DNA of 64,000 bases from a virus (Duplodnaviria; Caudoviricetes): the IMG/VR virus record IMGVR_UViG_3300028797_000093; one strand, 5' to 3'. The notes beneath the pieces are model-generated. The model was not told the DNA's origin and did not search any database. It saw nothing but the letters and a program-made list of their open reading frames with translations. The translations under genes were made by a program, and so were the position numbers. Below, piece after piece: positions 57,945 through 64,000 of this stretch (the stretch's first letter is position 1; each line of letters opens with the position of its first letter).

Positions 57945-60167
57945 TTACTCCTCTAATTCACATTTTGGAACCATTGCGATTCCTGTATTAATATATACAT
58001 CAATAGCATCACAATCAGGATATTTCTCTTTAGCATCTTTGAGTATTTGTTCTTTCAACTCTTCTGCATCAAAATGCTCTGTTAAGAGTTTTAGTAGATG
58101 TAATTCTACATAAGCATTATTATAATACCAATCATCTTCAATCCAACAATATGGTCTTTGATTGATGGTAAGAGCTGTTAGATACTCTTTTAGAGTATCA
58201 GTAAAATCTCCCTTAATTTCTGAAATATAAGCTCTTATACAGTGGATTCTTCTATAATCAAATCCAAGATCTAAAGAACTTGCTATATTAAAATAACTAC
58301 TTGCTACATCTATAGATCCTTCTTTATAACAATACTTACCAAGATTAATAGATACATTAGCTTGTAATTCTTTATCATTATAAGATGGATCATTATAAAA
58401 CTTATCTTCATTAAACATAGAGAAAGCTGTAAGATTAGCATCATATGCATCATGATCATTACCAGCTAATCTACTTTCCCATGCAAAGTATACACAGTCT
58501 AATATACTTCTTTCTTTTCGATAATATGCTCTTTTTGTATATTCATAATAATTTCTATTCTTCTCAATATCTTGATTGTGTATATATGAGATACTACTCA
58601 TTTTAAGATTCTTATTAGAATAATCTATATACTCATGTATATCTCTAACCCATTTAACTCTATTTAGATCAGCTACATGGATTTTATTATTACTATCACA
58701 ATTAGAGGTTCTATCTATATTTAGACTATGAGTAATCATACCATCATATGAAGGGTCCCACTCTTGTTGTATTTTCGCATACCAATCATATCTTAAATAT
58801 TCATCGAAGTCTACTGTTACACATACGTCTATATCAGGATATTTTTCTAGTATCATTTCTAGAGCATCTTGTCTGGCTTTACCAAATGAAAATTCTTCAT
58901 ATGTCTTAACTTCTACATCTACACCTAAATTTTTTAATTTCTCTACACTATCATCAGTAGATCCAGTATCTAGAATAAAAGTATAATCGGTTTGCTTAAC
59001 AGTAGCAAACCAAGTGTCTATGTTTTTACTTTCATTCTTACAAATAGCGTAAACTCCTACTTTATATTTTGATAACTCTTCTTTATATACATCTAAATTA
59101 TAAAGATAAGTTTCATTATCAGGAGAATAAATAGTTGCTACATACTCATGTAAATAAGCATTATAATAATCTTTTAGGGAAAATTCATTATAAGCTAATA
59201 GATCATATATATTACTTGGATTAGAGAAGAGATAAACATCTTCTCTCCAATCTTTTAGATTATATTTTATAGCCAATGCCTCTATACAATATTTAATAGA
59301 ATTATGATAATCATTCATATGATTATAGATAATAGCTATTAGATAATTTATTTTTCTTGTATTAGGTCCTACATTCTTAGCATCAAGAGCATACTTTAGA
59401 GCAGTTTCAGGTTCTCCTCTATCTTTATACTCTATAGCTATATTGATATTAGTCTGATATAAAACTTCTGGATGATCTGAGAAGTCACACTCTTCCAATC
59501 CTCTTAGAAAGACTTCATGAGCCTCTTCATTTCTATCATGAAATGATAACTCACAGCCATAATATATCATACACATAGGATCTGTTCTATTTTCTTGGTA
59601 TTCTAATTCTAATAGACCTAAATAGTTTGCTCTGGACTTAGTTCTATCAGGATGATGTTCTATAATAAACTTATCTGATACCACAGATTTTATTTGATTG
59701 GTTCCATTATAATGAAGTCCTTCATGTATAGGTCTCTCCCAATGCCAACCGGGATCATTGCCATGAACATTCTTTGATAGAAATCTTTTTATTTCATTTC
59801 CGTCATCATCATAATCTATAATATCACCAGAGATATCATTATATCCTTCTCTGAATAGTCTCTTTAACTCTTCATCCCATCCATCAACCCATATCTGATC
59901 AAAATCTGCTACACAACAAATATCAGCATCTTCAGGTATGTGTTTCATACTGAGATTTCTTGCTACATCAAATCTCCAAGGACTAATAATTCCTATATGA
60001 ACTTCCACTTTATCTAACTTAGATAATTTCTCTACACTATCATCAGTAGATCCAGTATCTAAGATTCTTATATAATCTGCTTTCTGTGCCCATTTATACC
60101 ATCTGTCTATGAGTTTACTCTCATTTTTACATATACCATATATACATATTTTCAAATCATCAGACAT
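57945..60167 (-). CDS. tandem double GT2-TPR glycosyltransferase
   Basis: Two copies of ICKNE...LDTGSTDDSVEKL...DFD...IHE. Confidence 0.88.
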   Translation of the reverse strand: MSDDLKICIYGICKNESKLIDRWYKWAQKADYIRILDTGSTDDSVEKLSKLDKVEVHIGIISPWRFDVARNLSMKHIPEDADICCVADFDQIWVDGWDEELKRLFREGYNDISGDIIDYDDDGNEIKRFLSKNVHGNDPGWHWERPIHEGLHYNGTNQIKSVVSDKFIIEHHPDRTKSRANYLGLLELEYQENRTDPMCMIYYGCELSFHDRNEEAHEVFLRGLEECDFSDHPEVLYQTNINIAIEYKDRGEPETALKYALDAKNVGPNTRKINYLIAIIYNHMNDYHNSIKYCIEALAIKYNLKDWREDVYLFSNPSNIYDLLAYNEFSLKDYYNAYLHEYVATIYSPDNETYLYNLDVYKEELSKYKVGVYAICKNESKNIDTWFATVKQTDYTFILDTGSTDDSVEKLKNLGVDVEVKTYEEFSFGKARQDALEMILEKYPDIDVCVTVDFDEYLRYDWYAKIQQEWDPSYDGMITHSLNIDRTSNCDSNNKIHVADLNRVKWVRDIHEYIDYSNKNLKMSSISYIHNQDIEKNRNYYEYTKRAYYRKERSILDCVYFAWESRLAGNDHDAYDANLTAFSMFNEDKFYNDPSYNDKELQANVSINLGKYCYKEGSIDVASSYFNIASSLDLGFDYRRIHCIRAYISEIKGDFTDTLKEYLTALTINQRPYCWIEDDWYYNNAYVELHLLKLLTEHFDAEELKEQILKDAKEKYPDCDAIDVYINTGIAMVPKCELEE

Positions 60168-60266
60168 GCATAATCATATCCTTTCTGATAGTTTATATTA
60201 CTTTTTAATTAACTGTTTAGTCTATAACATTTTAATAAATTTAAGCATATAAAGGAGATATATTCA

Positions 60267-60866
60267 ATGGATACAAAAGGTGTTATTACACTAGTCTTTG
60301 TTATTCTAATTCTTGCTGTTGGACTTGCAGTAGCAATCTCTAAGTATATTCAGCAAAAGAAGAAATATCAGGACTATACTTTCTCCAAGTTCATTGCCGA
60401 CTATGGTGCAAATGTACTTGCATTGCTGAAAGATGTCTATGAGACATACATTAAAGATACCACATATGTTGATGAGAATGCACTTATCAAAGATCTTGTA
60501 GAACATGGTATTGATACTATCAGTGATCAATTCGCTAAGTATGATATCGACTCTGATGTAATGAAGATCCTGTCTGATGATATGGTTAAAGAAATCATTA
60601 CAAAAGTAGCCATCGAATTCAAGGATCAAATCATTAATGTTATTAATGATGATCCTGATAAGCTTGAGCCTATGGCTATTCCAAGAGAAACTGAAGAGAA
60701 CTACTATTCTGCAGAAGAAGAACCTGAAGTTGTAGAAGATGTTGGTAAGGAAGAAGCAGAAGAGATGATTAACCTCACCAATGAGTTTAAGAGCTATCTC
60801 AATGAGGAAGATTATAAGTATGCTCCTCCTGAGAGTGATACTACAAGTAGCAGTATTGATGTATAA
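60267..60866 (+). CDS. membrane-anchored hypothetical protein
   Basis: N-terminal TM helix; AAGGAG RBS; AACA-N6-TA at 60226-60237. Confidence 0.7.
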   Translation: MDTKGVITLVFVILILAVGLAVAISKYIQQKKKYQDYTFSKFIADYGANVLALLKDVYETYIKDTTYVDENALIKDLVEHGIDTISDQFAKYDIDSDVMKILSDDMVKEIITKVAIEFKDQIINVINDDPDKLEPMAIPRETEENYYSAEEEPEVVEDVGKEEAEEMINLTNEFKSYLNEEDYKYAPPESDTTSSSIDV

Positions 60867-60907
60867 AATACTAAGGGTAATCTCTATATGAGATTACCCT
60901 TTTATAA

Positions 60908-62347
60908 TTATACCTTCTTATCTTTACTTAAATCATGTTCTTTATCTATTCTGTTATTCTTACCCTTAGACAGATATAGAATCATTTCATTGAAATAATT
61001 CTGATCTACATAGATTCCTATACTGGTATTTGCTCCAGTTACTTCTGTATGTGTAGTAAGTTGCATAGTAGGCCAATCCATGTTATACTTAATAAGTTTA
61101 CCATTATTAACCAATACAAAACTAATCCACATATCAGGAGATACACCAGTATCTATAGAATGTTTAATAACCTCTTTCAAATCTCCCTCAAAGAGATTAG
61201 AAAAGTCTATAGTAAGTTTTTTGTCTATAGATTCTTCATCTTCATACATAGTAGTCAGATGGAGTCTCCATCCATATGCATTAACATCAGGAATTTCAGT
61301 AGCTTTAAATGTAGCAAAATTAACTACACTACCAGTTCCATATACAGGTTTGATCTCTTCAGCATTAAATAGTCTGTGAAGATAATGTTCAGAGCTAGAA
61401 TAATAAGCATATAGTCTAGGAGCAGGGAATCTTACTTCACACTCATAAGTGACTATAAAATTATTTCTAGTTTTTCCTTCCATTTCTCCATCATCAGCTT
61501 CCAATGCTGTAGGTCTAATATGTACATATAGACCACTCATTCTAATAAAGAACTCACTATTACCATTAATAGTCCTAAACTTATATACAAAAGGCATATC
61601 ACTATTCTGATTCAGATACTTTAAGAAAGCAGGGATATTCTTAATCTTATTTTCTGGAGTTACACAGTAACCAGCGTCTCTGGCAACTTGCATTACCAAA
61701 TCGTAAGGAATATGAATATCCATATCTGAATACTCACCAGTAGAATATGATACTCTATAAGCAAGTCTCATAAACTCATATAGATCCATCTGTTCAGCTC
61801 TAGTTTCTACTCTGATTCTGAATTGGAACTGCATCATAAGAACTTTCATGATAACTCCAAGATACATATCATGATCATAGTCCTTAAAGAAAGATCCTTT
61901 CCAAAATCCTGTAGGAGAATATACATTGAGTCCAAACATATCTGTATCTATCTTATCATTATCAAACTCCCAATTGATATTGGGAACTATAGTAAGAGAA
62001 GGCTTCTTTCTAGTGATAATCTCTTGCTTAGTAAGCCTTTTATAATCATCAAATATATTCTTTCCATCTATATTAATAGACTCTTCAGGAAACATATGAG
62101 GAGGAAGTTTTGATAAAAACCATTGCTTCATATATTCTATAGCAAGGGAATATCCATTAATAGCTGATGGAATACAAATACTCTTATAGAGTACTTTATT
62201 TTCTGTAGGATGCTTTACATTATATTCTGGAACAATATCTTTAATATCAAGAACAAAATACTTATCATCAATTAACTCTTTATCTTTTGTATCTTCAAGA
62301 GCTTTAGCTTTTAAAGCAGCTATCTCTCTAGGAGTCAATACCTTCAT
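60908..62347 (-). CDS. hypothetical protein, probably structural
   Basis: 479-aa ORF with GGAGG RBS; AACA-N6-TA at 62390-62401. Confidence 0.7.
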   Translation of the reverse strand: MKVLTPREIAALKAKALEDTKDKELIDDKYFVLDIKDIVPEYNVKHPTENKVLYKSICIPSAINGYSLAIEYMKQWFLSKLPPHMFPEESINIDGKNIFDDYKRLTKQEIITRKKPSLTIVPNINWEFDNDKIDTDMFGLNVYSPTGFWKGSFFKDYDHDMYLGVIMKVLMMQFQFRIRVETRAEQMDLYEFMRLAYRVSYSTGEYSDMDIHIPYDLVMQVARDAGYCVTPENKIKNIPAFLKYLNQNSDMPFVYKFRTINGNSEFFIRMSGLYVHIRPTALEADDGEMEGKTRNNFIVTYECEVRFPAPRLYAYYSSSEHYLHRLFNAEEIKPVYGTGSVVNFATFKATEIPDVNAYGWRLHLTTMYEDEESIDKKLTIDFSNLFEGDLKEVIKHSIDTGVSPDMWISFVLVNNGKLIKYNMDWPTMQLTTHTEVTGANTSIGIYVDQNYFNEMILYLSKGKNNRIDKEHDLSKDKKV

Positions 62348-62437
62348 TTATATATAAACCTCCAATCAATAGAGAAAAAATAAATCCATTACTACAATGT
62401 TTTACTCTAGAGTAATGGATTTATTATGTTAGATACA

Positions 62438-62698
62438 TTAAGTATATGTCAACTGTACTTCAGTTGACTTTCTTATATTTGCATATTTGATTACAGATCC
62501 ATCAGGTAGAATTTTAGTCTTATCATTAGAAGATATATCTTCATCATCTGTAAGATAGACAAATACTACACCTTCTTCTAATCTATCATCAGGTTCTGCA
62601 TAGACTATAGTTCCAATAACTCTATATCCCAGAAAGTCTTCATATTGGACTTCTGATCCTTTAAGACTTTCTATACTTCTATGAATCTTACTCTTCAT
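62438..62698 (-). CDS. hypothetical protein
   Basis: 86-aa ORF in operon. Confidence 0.55.
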   Translation of the reverse strand: MKSKIHRSIESLKGSEVQYEDFLGYRVIGTIVYAEPDDRLEEGVVFVYLTDDEDISSNDKTKILPDGSVIKYANIRKSTEVQLTYT

Positions 62699-62700
62699 TT

Positions 62701-63024
62701 TTAGATATCAATAAAGTATAGATCAGTACCAAAGTACTTATAATCCATAATAATAACTTCTTCTTTATTTACATCAAAGTTACCAGCAATAATAAATTTA
62801 GCATCTTCAATATAACCATCAATATCAGAATGGTCATTATCAAGACCAATAATTTCATCTCTGATCAGTTTTAATTGATCAATACGATAATGAACATAGA
62901 TATATTTCTTATCCGATTTAATTATCTTAATCATATCTTGTTCTACAATATTATTATCAACACCGATGTGTACCATATCCGTTTTTGGATACTTCAATCC
63001 GTCATGTTCAATAATATGTATCAT
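62701..63024 (-). CDS. hypothetical protein
   Basis: 107-aa ORF with GGAGG RBS. Confidence 0.6.
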   Translation of the reverse strand: MIHIIEHDGLKYPKTDMVHIGVDNNIVEQDMIKIIKSDKKYIYVHYRIDQLKLIRDEIIGLDNDHSDIDGYIEDAKFIIAGNFDVNKEEVIIMDYKYFGTDLYFIDI

Positions 63025-64000
63025 GCTTTACCTCCTGCTTTGAAATTATATATAGGATGTAAGATATCTGTTACTTCTACAGTATCTTTGATGTTCTCTA
63101 ATACATAATCTAAACTTCTATATGCAAAAGGAGATTCATCAAGAGTAGAAGCATCTATAGAAGTACTATATACTCCCTCCATACACTTCTTAAAAGCAGA
63201 TACTGTGAACTGCTCTTTTGTTTCTTTTCTGCTATAAAGTCTACCAGCTCCATGAGGAGCAGAATAGTTCCAATCTTTATTTGCTTTACCTTTACCAAGT
63301 ATTACCCCATCTTTCATATTGATAGGAATAATAACTTTATCTGTATAATAAGCAGATATAGCACCTTTTCTAATAGTATATCTATTATGATATAGATCTA
63401 TATAGTTATGAGGACAAGAATATACATCATTAGAATCATATTTCCATTTCATATTACTGCATATCTCATCAATAATAGCATCTCTATTATATTTAGCATA
63501 AGTTCTAAGATAACAAACATCTGCTATATAATCATACATCAAATCTCCAGTGAGTGTAGTCATCTCATATGGAATACTAGGATCACATACTTTATGTCCT
63601 TCATTCATATAATAAGTAGCAACTTCTACACCAAGATGTCTACTACCAGAATGAACAACAAGATATACATCACCATCATTAGACTTATCCAACTCTATAA
63701 AGTGATTACCACCACCAAGAGTTCCAATAGACAGTCTAGCTTTATTCAAATCAATATGCTTACGACAACGTAATGAATCAAAATCAAAACAATCAGCATA
63801 TTTGTGTGCTGTAGACCTGATTTTGAATCCAGCAGGCACATTCTCTCTAATGACCTTATCCAGCTTATTGAAATCAATGCCTTTAGGGGCTTTTATTTTA
63901 ACATAAGATACACCACAACCAATATCTACACCTATCAATCCAGGTATAATAGAATCTTTAAAAGTAGCAGTAAATCCTATAGGACCAATCTTACCTGTAT
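63021..64000 (-). CDS. rtcB: RtcB-family RNA ligase (5' end outside window)
   Basis: GVDIGCG, GTLGGGNHFIE, VHSGSR, HNY, RKGA, SAPHGAGR, DESPFAY; frame stays open to the window edge. Confidence 0.92.
   Translation of the reverse strand, partial: TGKIGPIGFTATFKDSIIPGLIGVDIGCGVSYVKIKAPKGIDFNKLDKVIRENVPAGFKIRSTAHKYADCFDFDSLRCRKHIDLNKARLSIGTLGGGNHFIELDKSNDGDVYLVVHSGSRHLGVEVATYYMNEGHKVCDPSIPYEMTTLTGDLMYDYIADVCYLRTYAKYNRDAIIDEICSNMKWKYDSNDVYSCPHNYIDLYHNRYTIRKGAISAYYTDKVIIPINMKDGVILGKGKANKDWNYSAPHGAGRLYSRKETKEQFTVSAFKKCMEGVYSTSIDASTLDESPFAYRSLDYVLENIKDTVEVTDILHPIYNFKAGGKA

Noticed and set aside
1-64000. Stop-codon reassignment as seen in some gut jumbo phages
   Set aside because: Conserved genes (nrdJ, gyrA/B, RNAP, rtcB) are intact under the standard code, and genes end in TAA, TAG and TGA.

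Overview
AT-rich (by eye ~28-30% GC) segment of a jumbo phage of the PBS1/AR9 (phiKZ-related) type, probably infecting a Firmicute. Most genes lie on the minus strand. Recognisable genes are two split multisubunit RNA polymerase subunits, a RecA/UvsX-like ATPase, class II ribonucleotide reductase, GyrB/GyrA-like subunits, RNase H, RtcB, two tRNAs, and virion and virion-modification genes (collagen fibre, CXXX-repeat protein plus radical SAM/SPASM maturase, GT2-TPR glycosyltransferases, 2509-aa Ig/LRR protein). Two recurring promoter motifs are visible: AATTRTATATTAT and AACA-N6-TA. The standout feature is three intergenic arrays (6796-7561, 7798-8574, 35465-36392) holding 16 cassettes of ~145 bp, none with its own promoter or start codon. 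On the minus strand each encodes a different variant of one ~48-aa module, YFYQSSGxxYxxRGGxSxxGxxCGxFxVxLxxxxxxxxWxxGAALSFK. This resembles the C-terminal variable region of DGR target (C-type-lectin-fold) proteins, and the variable codons are almost all NNY, as expected from adenine mutagenesis. No reverse transcriptase, template repeat or full-length target gene is in the window. The arrays look like a silent library of pre-diversified receptor-binding tips. Three candidate structured ncRNAs flank the first two arrays; one is complementary to the RBS/start of another phage gene. All assignments come from motif recognition by eye; no searches were run.
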